Shown piece by piece: positions 52,066 through 63,320 of a stretch of 64,000 nt of DNA. The notes beneath the pieces were generated by a model, which was not told the origin of the DNA, did not search any database, and saw only the letters and a program-made list of their open reading frames with translations. This stretch comes from a virus. Its lineage: Duplodnaviria; Caudoviricetes. The position numbers were made by a program, and so were the translations under genes. Numbering within the stretch: the stretch's first letter is position 1; each line of letters starts with the position of its first letter. The DNA is taken from IMG/VR virus record IMGVR_UViG_3300028416_000009, positions 28,108 to 92,107 of that record, one strand, 5' to 3'.

Positions 52066-52713
52066 TTACTGTTTATGTATTTTCCCAACACAAAATCGGT
52101 CAATACCCATGTTATTAAGAATGTAGTTAATTCCTTTTTCAATGTCAAATAATTTTTCACTATATTCGGAAGGAATCTCCTCTTCAAGTAAATCAATACT
52201 TGGTAATGTGTTATCTATTAGGTCTACTATTATAATATGTTCCCCACTTATTGATAATCCTTTTATATTATATTTCTCGGATAATTTTCTTCGAGCCTCA
52301 TCTATTATAAATAGTAATTTTCTATCCATTTGTTCAACCATATCACAATCTAACTCTAAATCTGTAGGTTTAGGTTTATTAGATATTGATATTATTTTAA
52401 ACTTTCTAAGTATACTACCTAACATAATTACGTCTAAAGTTGCGTATATGTCTTGATACACCCAACCAAAATCATTTACGATTGTTTCATAAAAATATTC
52501 TACGTAGAACTCTTCATTTGGTTTTAGACTGTCAACGTCAAACCACTTATCCCCATCAAAACTTACTTTACCTTTTAACCCCCAAGCTGATAGGTATAAC
52601 GTACCTCCACACATAACAGGTTTATTAAAGATAAATGTAAAATCCGCGTACGGATGTTTGATGTTAATTTCCTTACCGTTTAAAAAGTCGATGGTTTCTT
52701 CAATGTTCTTCAT
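52066..52713 (-). CDS. Hypothetical protein
   Basis: ORF with TATTTATA upstream. Confidence 0.55.
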   Translation of the reverse strand: MKNIEETIDFLNGKEINIKHPYADFTFIFNKPVMCGGTLYLSAWGLKGKVSFDGDKWFDVDSLKPNEEFYVEYFYETIVNDFGWVYQDIYATLDVIMLGSILRKFKIISISNKPKPTDLELDCDMVEQMDRKLLFIIDEARRKLSEKYNIKGLSISGEHIIIVDLIDNTLPSIDLLEEEIPSEYSEKLFDIEKGINYILNNMGIDRFCVGKIHKQ

Positions 52714-52766
52714 ATTATATAAATATTTAACTTTATTTATTTTTAACCTTTGGTATCATTTAAGAG

Positions 52767-53009
52767 ATGAGAAACTTAATAATAGATTGGTACGATGAAA
52801 TGATTTCGATAAATGAGGAACGTGAAAACTACGAGGCTTGTTCGTATTTTAAAACGTCTAAAGACGCGTACCTTAATTTCGAAAACGAAGGTACGGTATT
52901 ATTTAGAGGTAAACGTTATAACTCCGAAGAAATTATAGAATTAATAAAAAACGAAAAAGGTCCTATTGGTGAAATATTACAATCAAATAAAGGGGCTAAA
53001 AGTAGTTAA
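52767..53009 (+). CDS. Small protein with N-terminal UVR-like motif
   Basis: NEERENYEACSYFK. Confidence 0.6.
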   Translation: MRNLIIDWYDEMISINEERENYEACSYFKTSKDAYLNFENEGTVLFRGKRYNSEEIIELIKNEKGPIGEILQSNKGAKSS

Positions 53010-53015
53010 AATAAC

Positions 53016-53100
53016 AGTGTGGTTTGAAGACCACTCTTAGGACCGTCTATAGTTATGGGCGATAGAGACCAGAAGTTCGCTACTTTCTGGTCTCGTTTTT
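53016..53100 (+). ncRNA. Candidate three-hairpin structured RNA
   Basis: gtggt/accac, cgtctat/atgggcg, gagaccagaa/ttctggtctc stems then T-tract. Confidence 0.5.
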
Positions 53101-53423
53101 TATAAAACAAATGTATTTATTAATATGGACAAAAAAGAAAAACTATATAACTACTTAGTTATTAAGGGATACGAAAAGACCTGGGGTGATATATATCGTC
53201 AAATTAGAGAGGAATTAAAATCTTTAGGTGTTACTGACCCAACTAGGGTTAATAAAATTTCGGCTAGACTTATGAGTCTTAAAGGTCAGATTATGGATGT
53301 TAACGATAAGATGAAACGAGAATGTAAGTTTTTCGGGTTTGATATGGAAACTGAAGTGGATAGTATGATTATTGAGTTCTTACAACCAATATCGGACGAA
53401 ATCGATAACGATATTCCTTTATC

Positions 53424-53768
53424 TTAACAATCTTTTTTATCACAATCTTTACAATCGTCATCTCCTTCGGCTGCGTCGATTAGTTCTCTCTCAACCTGAT
53501 TGTCTTTTTGAAACCAAAAATCTATTATTTTACCATAAGACGCGATGAACGCACCTAATACCAACAAAAGTATTTCTTTCCATTCTTGGTCTATCGGATT
53601 GGTATCACCTAAAAGAGCCATTCCAATACCACCCATAATAAGTAAAAAGGTTAATAACACAACCGTTGTAATTATAAGTCTATTTCTACTAGCGTTTTTA
53701 ATTAAACTTAAAAACTCACGCTCTTTTAATCTGTCTCTTTCTTTTTGATTCATATATATAAATATCAC
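53424..53768 (-). CDS. Two-TM membrane protein (holin-like)
   Basis: Two hydrophobic helices; LLLVLGAFI..YGKIIDFWF. Confidence 0.55.
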   Translation of the reverse strand: MIFIYMNQKERDRLKEREFLSLIKNASRNRLIITTVVLLTFLLIMGGIGMALLGDTNPIDQEWKEILLLVLGAFIASYGKIIDFWFQKDNQVERELIDAAEGDDDCKDCDKKDC

Positions 53769-53806
53769 AATATTGTTATATTTATATTAAAGACAAGTTA
53801 ATTAAT

Positions 53807-54475
53807 ATGGAAATAAGTAAAATGGAAAAGTCGTTTGATTCATTATTTAGGTCATTATATGGTGAGACCTTTTTAGTTGGGAATGCAATTACCTTAAAAT
53901 ACACAGGTTTGGGTGAGACACTTATTATCGCATCAGGTAGACCAACAATCAATCCTTTATTTGATTTTATATCCACTAGAAAAAGTTTTTCCTATGAGTA
54001 TTTAATGGGTGAAGTATGTGGTAGGATAAATAAAGTTCTTAAATACTTAAGTTATCATGAAGATATGTTCAATGTCAGTTTCAATGTTCCTGATATCTAT
54101 TTAACAGAGGAGGATACTAAACGTATGGACAATGCTTTAAATTCTCTAAAAAAGTTATCATTTTATGAAACACCTGAAATGGGTGATGTTGTTGGTGAAA
54201 TAGAAATTTTACCCTTAGACACTTCTAAATTATGGACTAAACAAATTGGTAATGAGATTATATTCAGACATACTATTTTTTTAGAAAGTGGGTGGGTTAA
54301 ATTAGGTGATGATTCTATCGTTGATTTACCGACTAATAGTACATACCATTCACTAATTTTCCATCGATTAGAAAATGATTATTATTGTCCTCAAATTAAT
54401 GACTTAACATTATCTTTAGACAAACCATTATTTTCAGACTCGACAGTAGTACAGAGAATTCTTACTGTGGTTTAG
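53807..54475 (+). CDS. Hypothetical protein
   Basis: ORF with TATTTATA upstream. Confidence 0.55.
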   Translation: MEISKMEKSFDSLFRSLYGETFLVGNAITLKYTGLGETLIIASGRPTINPLFDFISTRKSFSYEYLMGEVCGRINKVLKYLSYHEDMFNVSFNVPDIYLTEEDTKRMDNALNSLKKLSFYETPEMGDVVGEIEILPLDTSKLWTKQIGNEIIFRHTIFLESGWVKLGDDSIVDLPTNSTYHSLIFHRLENDYYCPQINDLTLSLDKPLFSDSTVVQRILTVV

Positions 54476-54524
54476 TCTTTAAAATAATTAAAAATATACT
54501 ATTTTTGTATAAACCAATTAAGTT

Positions 54525-55076
54525 ATGAAATTCAGAAAAACATTTATTGAGGGACCTGTAGAGTTTACCCCTATACAACATAAGGACGAAAGAGGAGTTT
54601 TCTCGGAAACTTATAGTCAGATACTATTAGAGAAAAATGGATTCAATTATAAGTTTATCCAAGAAAATCAAACAACATCAAAAAAAGGTGTCTTTAGAGG
54701 AATACACTGTCAATTACCACCATATACTCAAGGTAAGTTAGTGAGAGTTGTTAAGGGTAAAGTTGTTGATTTTGCAATAGACCTTAGAAGAACTTCAGAT
54801 ACTTACGGACAATGGGAATCAGTAATCTTAGACGGAGATGTAGGAAACCAATTTTGGGTACCACCTGGATTTGGACATGCGTTTTACACGTTAGAAGATG
54901 ATACCATTGTCACCTATAAATGTACTAATCTTTACGATAAAGAACACGAAGTCTGTATCGACTACACAGACGAAGATATCAACTTACCACTTAAAGACCT
55001 GAAAGACCTTATCATATCTGACAAAGATAAGAATGGTGTTTCTTTTATGGATTTTAACAAAAAAAATCCTTGGTAG
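54525..55076 (+). CDS. rfbC: dTDP-4-dehydrorhamnose 3,5-epimerase
   Basis: DERGVFSE, RGIH.Q, QGKLVRV, PPGFGHAF, YKC..Y. Confidence 0.95.
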   Translation: MKFRKTFIEGPVEFTPIQHKDERGVFSETYSQILLEKNGFNYKFIQENQTTSKKGVFRGIHCQLPPYTQGKLVRVVKGKVVDFAIDLRRTSDTYGQWESVILDGDVGNQFWVPPGFGHAFYTLEDDTIVTYKCTNLYDKEHEVCIDYTDEDINLPLKDLKDLIISDKDKNGVSFMDFNKKNPW

Positions 55077-55121
55077 TATCCTTTTTTTGTTTATCTTTGT
55101 AGTATCAAAATAAGACAAGAT

Positions 55122-55454
55122 ATGGCAAGAGAAAAATTATGGCGTAACAATTTAGGGGAGTATAACTACCAATTCAATTGGATTGATGAAAATGGGGATA
55201 CTTGTGGTTTCAATGATGTATGGGCACCTAACAAACCTGAAGCGGTTAAAAGAGCGAAGAAAATGGAGTCTAAAGCGCATTGGGCTCTTTGGGATGAAGA
55301 CAAACGTGAATACGTAACTGTACCTAACAAAGTAGAAGGTAAAGGTCATTGCTTTCGTATGAAGGGTATGTATGCTGATACTAAGTCAATGTATAAGGCG
55401 AAATATAGTGAAGCGGAAAAGATGAACAGATTAGGTTGGATGATGTCGAATTAG
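55122..55454 (+). CDS. Hypothetical early protein
   Basis: TATCTTTG promoter at ~55092. Confidence 0.6.
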   Translation: MAREKLWRNNLGEYNYQFNWIDENGDTCGFNDVWAPNKPEAVKRAKKMESKAHWALWDEDKREYVTVPNKVEGKGHCFRMKGMYADTKSMYKAKYSEAEKMNRLGWMMSN

Positions 55455-55486
55455 ACATCATTTAACTTTGTTGTATCAATTTAATT

Positions 55487-56125
55487 TTGTATCTTTATAG
55501 TCTAATAAAAAACATCATGAAAAAAATAAAAAATATCTTAGTATTATTATCCGTATTAGTTTTAACACACTCTTGTGCTCAACCAACCTACACCCCTGAA
55601 AATGGTGATGTGATATTTCACACTTCAAAATCCAGACAAAGTAAAATGATTTCTGAGGTTACCGGCTCAAAGTTAACTCACGTGGGTATGGTATTCATTA
55701 ATGAAGGTAATACATACGTTTATGAGGCAGTACAACCTGTAAAACTAACCCCTATAGACCAATGGGTTAAAAGAGGAGTGGACTCAAAATACGTAGTTCT
55801 AAGAAGTAAGAACACTCTTAGCGGTGAAGAACTACTAAAGATGAAAAACTATGGTTTAAATCAAATAGGAAAAGATTATGACCTTAAATTTCAATGGTCT
55901 GACAGTAAGATGTATTGTTCTGAATTGATTTACAAAGTATTTGAGAGTGTAGGTATTGTTTTATCTGAAAAACATACATTCAAAGATTATGATTTAAAAA
56001 GTGAATCAGCTCAAATCGCCATTAAAAAACGTTACGGTAATAGTATTAACCTTAATGAACTTGTGGTTACACCGGTTGATTTACGTAAAAGTAATAAACT
56101 AAGAGTGGTGTTTAATAATTACTAA
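55487..56125 (+). CDS. Permuted papain-like amidase (YiiX/YebB family) lipoprotein; start probably ~55517
   Basis: GDVIF, THVG, YD..F.W, YCSELI; HSC lipobox. Confidence 0.88.
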   Translation: MYLYSLIKNIMKKIKNILVLLSVLVLTHSCAQPTYTPENGDVIFHTSKSRQSKMISEVTGSKLTHVGMVFINEGNTYVYEAVQPVKLTPIDQWVKRGVDSKYVVLRSKNTLSGEELLKMKNYGLNQIGKDYDLKFQWSDSKMYCSELIYKVFESVGIVLSEKHTFKDYDLKSESAQIAIKKRYGNSINLNELVVTPVDLRKSNKLRVVFNNY

Positions 56126-57300
56126 ACCACAACTGAATCAACTGAGTACTTATTAAATTGTTTAATAACACCTGTTGGGTTTGGAAAACAAAAATCCCCC
56201 ATTGGTACTCCACCCGCTTTCGCTATTTCGATAGTGTATGTTCCGCAATTAGCATCATCATCACTTGTTGAACCATCAAAAGCTTCATATTTTTTAGTTG
56301 TGACTTTAGTTGCTTGACTTATTGAATCATTAACGTTAGTAACAGGTATCAAACGACAATCCATTTTCTGTGTTGGACCCTCACCCTGACTATTTGATTT
56401 AATTTTAGTACAAATATCTTTAAAGTTATTCACAATACCATCATTGATTTCAGCGATTTTACCTAAACCTTTACTTTTAGTAATTCCATAACCTTTATCT
56501 GCTCCTGAATATCTACCAAACTCAAAAATACTAACTTGTCCATTAGGTTCCACAGTCGCAATACCCATATGACCTAATTTACCATATGTGTCATCACTAC
56601 TTCCACCTGTTACATATTTTAGGATTGGAGTAAACCATGAACTTCCACCCTTTTCAATTTTAGGTTCATACTCTGGAAAAACAAATGGTATTAGAAAGTG
56701 ACCTATTGTTGTATCGTAGTCACCTTTAACCACTGAATCGTATAGTCCACCACTAAACTTAGATATCTTACTCGACATCGAATTAGAATCATCATAAAAA
56801 CTTTCCCATAACTCAAATAATTGTACTGTTTGACCTTCCTTGAAAGAATAAAGGTCTTTTTTCATTACAACATTAACAACGGCAACTTTCATAATGTACG
56901 AATTATCATGTTTACCTGTCTTATCTAAACTATACTTTTTAGCTATTTTAGGAAACGTTTTATTAACGTATTTTCTAAATGAATTTCCCTCTTCTTCGTT
57001 TTTAAATGAAGGGGTGTTACTATCCTTTACTTGATTATTATCGGATTTTGAATCGTCTGGATTACCTGTTGTGGTTGCGTTAGGGTACTTTTTATTAAGC
57101 TTATAAATAGATTTAGGATATTTATTAAGTGAAAACCATTTGGATTCTCCTTTTTTAGTCGCCATCCACTTATTGTTAACGACTTTATAATCGTACTTAC
57201 CGTCGTAGTCAGTATATATCTTTTCTTTTTGTTCCTTTAGTATGTTGCTTACAATAAGCTTAAGGTCTGCTTCTGTTAATTTAATTACCTTAGACGCCAT
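56122..57300 (-). CDS. Putative virion protein with KLTEADL leader and C-terminal permuted papain-like (His..Cys) domain
   Basis: GHMGIA..FEFGRY...NCGTY. Confidence 0.6.
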   Translation of the reverse strand: MASKVIKLTEADLKLIVSNILKEQKEKIYTDYDGKYDYKVVNNKWMATKKGESKWFSLNKYPKSIYKLNKKYPNATTTGNPDDSKSDNNQVKDSNTPSFKNEEEGNSFRKYVNKTFPKIAKKYSLDKTGKHDNSYIMKVAVVNVVMKKDLYSFKEGQTVQLFELWESFYDDSNSMSSKISKFSGGLYDSVVKGDYDTTIGHFLIPFVFPEYEPKIEKGGSSWFTPILKYVTGGSSDDTYGKLGHMGIATVEPNGQVSIFEFGRYSGADKGYGITKSKGLGKIAEINDGIVNNFKDICTKIKSNSQGEGPTQKMDCRLIPVTNVNDSISQATKVTTKKYEAFDGSTSDDDANCGTYTIEIAKAGGVPMGDFCFPNPTGVIKQFNKYSVDSVVV

Positions 57301-58321
57301 ATTAATCCGATTCTTTAATTGTCTTTATTATACTATAAATATAAACGCAAATGGAAATTGGCCATAAACCTATGATTTTAACCCTATCAACGTTAGAAAA
57401 TTTAATGGGTTCTTCATCAGACCACTCTTCCATGTCTTTTAATGAATAGTCTAAGTACGCCATAAATATGGTTCCAATAATCAAATATAAACTAATCCAA
57501 ACCATCTATTTATCTTTTTCGTAGTAGTAATCAGTCTTACCACACTTAGTACATGTCCAACATTTATTATGGTCTGAACTACCAATTACAATCATTGGCG
57601 TTTTACATAGACATACTTTAGTCATTATTAGGTTTTACTAACTTATCACCTAAAGTCTTAAAAAGATATAGACCTAATCCGATTAATGCTAAGTTACCCG
57701 CTTTCTTAGTGAAAGACTTTTTCTTCTTATCTTTATTCATCTTTATTTTGTTTTGTTGTGATTAACGCCAATAGTGCAGATGCTCTTTCTAAAACTTCTG
57801 ACATAATGACTGATTCTGCTATAGAGAATGAACCGTTCTTATTTGAGGTTTCTAAAATACTCACTAAGAATTGTATAATCACAGGTCCGTCTCCATTTCT
57901 TATATACTCTTTTAACTCTACAGGGTCGTCAAATTTTACTTTGTCCTGAAACATTGAAAATTGTGTTTTGTTATCTTCCATATTATAATATATTAATTTC
58001 TTGGTTTTTATCAAGGTTCCTAACAATCTCTAAAAGTTTGGACAATTCATTTGAATTATATGTCTTATTTATTTCGACAAAATTAGAAGTTAGGTATTGG
58101 TCTTTAGGACCTATAACTTCAGGTTTGACTCTTGTTGGTACCGCAACACTATGACTACGGACATATTTAAAACTTACACGGTATCCGTTATCAAACTCAA
58201 ATATGATACTATCGTTCCATTCTCTAATCATTACTTTAATCTTTTTACAAATATATGGTTTTTTAAAGAAATAAACAATATTACTATTGAAAGAATCTCG
58301 TCTTTGTAGTATATTTGTTCA

Positions 58322-58711
58322 ATGGAATTAATATCAACACACCCCGTTAAGAAATCAGACTTAGGATTTCACGGAAACTTATTTGGAGGTAAATTATTGG
58401 CATGGGTAGATGCTGCAGGAGCTGCATTCGCATCTCAAATATGTGATACACCAAGAATGGTCACAGTTCTTATTGATGAATGTGTGTTTAAGAAACCAGC
58501 AAAAGAAGGGCATCTACTTAAAATTTATGGTGATGTAGGACAAATTGGTCGAACTTCGGTAACACTGAAGGTTGAGGCTAGAAGTCACAACGTATACGAT
58601 GGGAGACAAGCAATTATCTTAGCTACTAATATTAAGTTTGTTAGGATAGATGAGCAAGGTGAAGCAATACCTATCAGTCAACGAGTTAAAGAAAAATACA
58701 ATTTAAAATAG
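58322..58711 (+). CDS. Hotdog-fold acyl-CoA thioesterase (YciA-like)
   Basis: HGNLFGGKLLAWVD, FKKP, GRTS, FVRID. Confidence 0.9.
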   Translation: MELISTHPVKKSDLGFHGNLFGGKLLAWVDAAGAAFASQICDTPRMVTVLIDECVFKKPAKEGHLLKIYGDVGQIGRTSVTLKVEARSHNVYDGRQAIILATNIKFVRIDEQGEAIPISQRVKEKYNLK

Positions 58712-58735
58712 GGAGTATTAATATTTTAACTATAT

Positions 58736-59347
58736 TTGTTTAATAAAATAAAACACACACAGATGGAATACAGAGTTAAGGTTTATGGTAGAGAGATAAC
58801 TTCGTCAGCTCATAGTTTGACTGATGATGAGGTTGATACTATCTATGAATATATGGATGAAATGGAAATTGACGATATTAACACCATAGGGGATAATATA
58901 GAGGATGTGTTAGGAATTGATTATACACATAGAGAACTATGGTCCGTATCTAAACCTTTAGATTATGAGACTAAGACTAATTTTACTGTATTCACTCCTG
59001 AGGGAGTTGAAATTCTTAACTTTGACGTTTCTGACTTAGAAGATGTTGATGATATCTATAATGACTCAAATAACTTCACAGGGTTTCCTAACGATATTAA
59101 TGAAAATGTGTTAGTATTATTTGAAGAAAAAAAGGGGTTCATTCACGAGTTTAATATTATATCCAATGATGAGCCAAAAATATCGGACTTCACATACACA
59201 TTATCTACGATTGGGACTCCTGAAAGTGAATGGGATTTAATACAAGAAGTTCAATTTAAGGGAATTGATTTAAATCCATCATACGATGAAAAATGGGTTC
59301 GTAGAATTAACTATGAAATTGAACTACACGTAGATAGTGGGTTTTAA
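58736..59347 (+). CDS. Acidic hypothetical protein
   Basis: ORF with TATATTTG upstream. Confidence 0.6.
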   Translation: MFNKIKHTQMEYRVKVYGREITSSAHSLTDDEVDTIYEYMDEMEIDDINTIGDNIEDVLGIDYTHRELWSVSKPLDYETKTNFTVFTPEGVEILNFDVSDLEDVDDIYNDSNNFTGFPNDINENVLVLFEEKKGFIHEFNIISNDEPKISDFTYTLSTIGTPESEWDLIQEVQFKGIDLNPSYDEKWVRRINYEIELHVDSGF

Positions 59348-60459
59348 TTATTTTCGTCAATCCAATCAACTAATAAACTCATTAGTAATATCTCTTCGGC
59401 CTCACCAGTTGAATCAGGATAATAACTTAAATGGTTTGTTATCGATTCGTTTTTAAAAAATACGTTAGTTTGTATTCTAACATATGAATCATCTATGTGT
59501 TGTATTTCTGATTGCATGTTATCTGATACAGTAGACAATCCAGGTAATACATCATCTATACTGTATGACTCATCACCATAAAAATAAAGAAGTATTTCCA
59601 ATAGTTGTTGAGACAGAGGGGATAAATTTTTAAGTTTAAGTGGTGTGTTAGATGGGACTAACCCTCCTAAGTTCTTGGTCGATTCTATGAGGTCATCCAT
59701 TGCATTAAACGCCTCCGTTACGTTAGAGAATTCTTTAATCTCTTTTACGTATTGTATAATTCTTTCATTTTCTTCTTCTCCGTTATCCTTTTCTTGAATA
59801 TACGATACAAACTCAAGTTCTGAAATATACACATCAATAGAAAAACATAGTTTTGAATCTTCCACATATGTCCATGTATCATTCATGGTGCTTAAATTAC
59901 TTAGACGGTTTGTATGTCTAGGAAGAGCCTTATCATACTTTTCAATCCAATATTCTATTCTACCATCACCCATTTCTGATTGTCCCTGACCGCTAAAGTT
60001 TTTTAAAATATTTTCGTTTTTGGTACCAATCATTATGTCTAATGGTGTTTCATAATGCTGAGCTTTATTGGGTGGAGGTACTTGTATGTCAGAATACCCT
60101 TCTCTTTTAATAAGTAATTTAGGATTCAATAAAACCTTTGACCCATAAACCATTTTACCCCACCTTTTAAGTTTTGATGATATATTGTCTAATACGTCTA
60201 TCGTAATAAATGGTTCTCTAACATCCTTAACAGTCACCGTATAGTGACAGTCAATAAATAGGGTCGCATTTAATAGAGGATGTTTTTCAAACCTAACCCA
60301 ACCAGGTAACGTATCGTGTCGGTCCTTTTTGTTTGTGTTTTCGTTTTCGTAGGTATCTGTACTTATATGTGTAAATACTATCTCAGCCCCGTTATAACCA
60401 ACAGGTACCGTTTTAAGAAGTTTTCTAATTGCGTCGTATTTTATAGTAGTATTGTCCAT
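59344..60459 (-). CDS. Hypothetical protein
   Basis: Long ORF; TATTTATT upstream. Confidence 0.6.
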   Translation of the reverse strand: MDNTTIKYDAIRKLLKTVPVGYNGAEIVFTHISTDTYENENTNKKDRHDTLPGWVRFEKHPLLNATLFIDCHYTVTVKDVREPFITIDVLDNISSKLKRWGKMVYGSKVLLNPKLLIKREGYSDIQVPPPNKAQHYETPLDIMIGTKNENILKNFSGQGQSEMGDGRIEYWIEKYDKALPRHTNRLSNLSTMNDTWTYVEDSKLCFSIDVYISELEFVSYIQEKDNGEEENERIIQYVKEIKEFSNVTEAFNAMDDLIESTKNLGGLVPSNTPLKLKNLSPLSQQLLEILLYFYGDESYSIDDVLPGLSTVSDNMQSEIQHIDDSYVRIQTNVFFKNESITNHLSYYPDSTGEAEEILLMSLLVDWIDENN

Positions 60460-60578
60460 TAATTTTAGATGTCTTTATAATAAATATCTTAAATAACTAT
60501 AATTCTTTATAATCCCGTGAGAAAACGACCCGAAGGGTCGGTAAGGGTTGCCCGAGACATAAGAAAGGTATTTATTAG

Positions 60579-61205
60579 TTGTTTTTTATGTGTTATATTA
60601 GTATATTTGTATGTGTAATACGTAATTTTATGAAGAAAACAAAAATTATCAACCTTTACGGAGGTGCTGGTGTGGGTAAGTCTACGACTGCAGCTAAAAT
60701 ATATAATGAATTACAGATGAACGGATATGAATGTGACCTTCCATATGAGTTCCCAAAACAAGTAGCATGGGAAAATAATAGGTCTCAAATATCCGACCAG
60801 TTGTTCATATTCGCTGGACAACATAGAAACATCGTTCGTAGTTATGGTAAGGTGGACTATATCATATTAGATAGTCCAATACTATTATCCTTAGTTTATA
60901 AGAATCTGTATAATGAAGGGTTTCCTGCGAGTCTCTACGGAAACAATTTTGACAGAATGGCTTTGGATGTTTATAGAGGATATGATAATATTAATTTCTT
61001 TATACAACGTAATGTGGAGACTTACGTAGACGAGGGTAGGTTACAAACACATAAAGAATCTATTATGGTAGATAATGAAATAGAAAAACTACTTTTAAAA
61101 CACGACATAGATTATATAGGTGTCCCACAAACTAAAGACATCGGGGATAAAATATCTCAACACATAATGATTACAAACAAAATAGGAGAAACAAATGATG
61201 GATGA
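60579..61205 (+). CDS. NadR/Ttd14-like P-loop kinase/ATPase (start probably 60630)
   Basis: INLYGGAGVGKST, ILDSPILLS, GRLQT. Confidence 0.8.
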   Translation: MFFMCYISIFVCVIRNFMKKTKIINLYGGAGVGKSTTAAKIYNELQMNGYECDLPYEFPKQVAWENNRSQISDQLFIFAGQHRNIVRSYGKVDYIILDSPILLSLVYKNLYNEGFPASLYGNNFDRMALDVYRGYDNINFFIQRNVETYVDEGRLQTHKESIMVDNEIEKLLLKHDIDYIGVPQTKDIGDKISQHIMITNKIGETNDG

Positions 61206-61647
61206 AATGACAGGTTTAGAGTACGAACCAAGTAGTATAAAATCTAAAATAGTAAAAGGTGTTATTGCGGGTAACTTTGATGTTCTACATCCTGGTTATA
61301 TTAAAATGTTTAATGATGCTTCAGAACAATGTGATTGTCTTATAGTATTATTACATACGGACCCTTCCATTGAAAGACCTGAAAAATTAAAACCGATACT
61401 TTCAGTTGAAGAGAGAAAGGAAATGTTATCATCATTACGTAGTATATGTGGTGTTCATATCTATACCTATGAAGAACAACTATTAGACTTACTTAAAATG
61501 GGTGAGTTTGATGTAAGGTTTTTAGGAGACGATTACAAAGGTCGGCCGTTTACAGGGGATAATCTTAATATAGAAATAAAATATATTAATAGAGACCACG
61601 GGTGGAGTACTACCAAATTTAAAAACCTTATTAGTAAAACAGTATGA
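61195..61647 (+). CDS. Cytidylyltransferase-family protein (TagD/RfaE-like)
   Basis: GNFDVLHPGY, ERKEML, GDDY, STT. Confidence 0.85.
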   Translation: MMDEMTGLEYEPSSIKSKIVKGVIAGNFDVLHPGYIKMFNDASEQCDCLIVLLHTDPSIERPEKLKPILSVEERKEMLSSLRSICGVHIYTYEEQLLDLLKMGEFDVRFLGDDYKGRPFTGDNLNIEIKYINRDHGWSTTKFKNLISKTV

Positions 61648-61988
61648 AAAATTTAATTATAGGAGCGTTTCTTTTTGTTGTCGCCCAATCATTAATATGG
61701 ATACAGACAAATGGTCAATTTGTTTGGCCGTGGTTTAAAAAGAACCCTGTGATACTTTCAGTTGTGGGTGGTAGTATTATATCATATATCTTTATTAAAG
61801 CAACTGCGTTGGTTGCCGTACACTTTGACGGGTTATTATGGCCAGGTAGATTCCTAACACAAGGGATAGGGATACTGGTGTTCTTTCTAATGACACTTCT
61901 ACTGATGAATGAAGGTGTTAACACAAAGACCTTAATATCGTTAGGGTTAGCGGTTATTTTAATTAGTGTACAAATATTTTGGAAATAG
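61644..61988 (+). CDS. Four-TM small membrane protein
   Basis: Four hydrophobic helices. Confidence 0.65.
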   Translation: MKNLIIGAFLFVVAQSLIWIQTNGQFVWPWFKKNPVILSVVGGSIISYIFIKATALVAVHFDGLLWPGRFLTQGIGILVFFLMTLLLMNEGVNTKTLISLGLAVILISVQIFWK

Positions 61989-62847
61989 ATTTATTGTTGT
62001 ATTTATAGGTATGAACGATGTAACAAAATACAAATCATTTTTTAAATTTCTTAATCAGGCTAAATCTGAATATATGGGTTTATCTTTTAAGTATGAATAC
62101 GATATAATGTCCACGATAGATGTGGACTTAGAGGTCGAAGGTGATTTTCCGTTACCTATGTATACTAAAGAAATGTTCGAACATTACTTAGCTAATGTCT
62201 ATTACGACAATAAAAAGTATTTTGGTCTTACAAGTAGTAAAAGAGTCAGACTTAACACTATAGAACTAAACGGTGTACGAGTAGGTAATGATTTAACTAT
62301 TGGTGAAGAGTTTAGTGAGACTTTGGTTGAGATAGATAAAGAACTATCTAAAGATTTTAAGTGTCAAATAAACAACAACGCATACTTTAAATCTGTTGAT
62401 AACGATGTAAAGACGTGGTTGGATTTAATGGATAGTGATGTCATCTGTTATTCGGTGTGGCTTAAAACCCCTAAGATGTTATATTACAATGATAATCCGT
62501 TTAATAAGAATACTATCATAGACTTCTTAGAGTCTGTTTCGGGGTTAAGTGTTTCAAGTCCTGATGGAATGTTTGAAATAATATCAAATAATATTTGGGA
62601 GTGGTCAATTGAAGGAGATAATTGGGAAAACGGAATAACTTCTTTTTGGAACTCTTTAAATGAAAACGGTATGGATTACTCTAATTTTTTCATGAAAGAC
62701 TTTGGTGTTGTCGCTAAGATTACCCTTGATGATTATGATGGAATGATTAATGATAATTCAGAGAACTATAACACTGAAAAAATGAATGACGAATTATCTA
62801 TGTTCATTGGGTGGTTAGAAAGTAATAAGGGTAAGTATAAACTTTAA
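61966..62847 (+). CDS. Hypothetical protein (start probably ~62011)
   Basis: Long ORF; TATTTATAG just upstream of MNDVTKY. Confidence 0.6.
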   Translation: MYKYFGNRFIVVFIGMNDVTKYKSFFKFLNQAKSEYMGLSFKYEYDIMSTIDVDLEVEGDFPLPMYTKEMFEHYLANVYYDNKKYFGLTSSKRVRLNTIELNGVRVGNDLTIGEEFSETLVEIDKELSKDFKCQINNNAYFKSVDNDVKTWLDLMDSDVICYSVWLKTPKMLYYNDNPFNKNTIIDFLESVSGLSVSSPDGMFEIISNNIWEWSIEGDNWENGITSFWNSLNENGMDYSNFFMKDFGVVAKITLDDYDGMINDNSENYNTEKMNDELSMFIGWLESNKGKYKL

Positions 62848-63140
62848 TTTACTTTATTCTCTATATTCATACTTTTGTGTATGAAATACCCTATCTTTGA
62901 TATGTTTTTTGATGTAGTATCTATAGAAGAATATTGGGTACCTGCTGGCGACACATTTTGTCGTGGTTCAATACGTCTTAAACCAAAACCCATAAGTGGA
63001 GTAAATGAAGAGTTTGATGTTTTCTTTTATCTAAAGGAAGATAAAACAGAGATTGATAGTCTGGGTAGTAAATTTAAAAATAACCTATGTAAGTGGTGTG
63101 GGGTTAACTCATACGAACTACATTATATTATAGAACAAGA

Positions 63141-63320
63141 ATGGAAGGAAAGAAAAAGTACAGTAAACGAAAATGTCTAACTTGTAGTGAAGTTATGGAC
63201 ATTATCAAAACAGACACACAGAGATATCACTATTGTGAACCATGTGATAAAAAAGATTTTTTTATTAAAGTTTGTTGCGATAACGATTGTAGAGTATGTA
63301 TGGGCACTGTTGAGTTATAG
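63141..63320 (+). CDS. Small Cys-rich zinc-finger protein (59 aa)
   Basis: Manual ORF MEGKKKYSKRKCLTC...CEPC...CCDNDCRVC. Confidence 0.6.
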   Translation: MEGKKKYSKRKCLTCSEVMDIIKTDTQRYHYCEPCDKKDFFIKVCCDNDCRVCMGTVEL

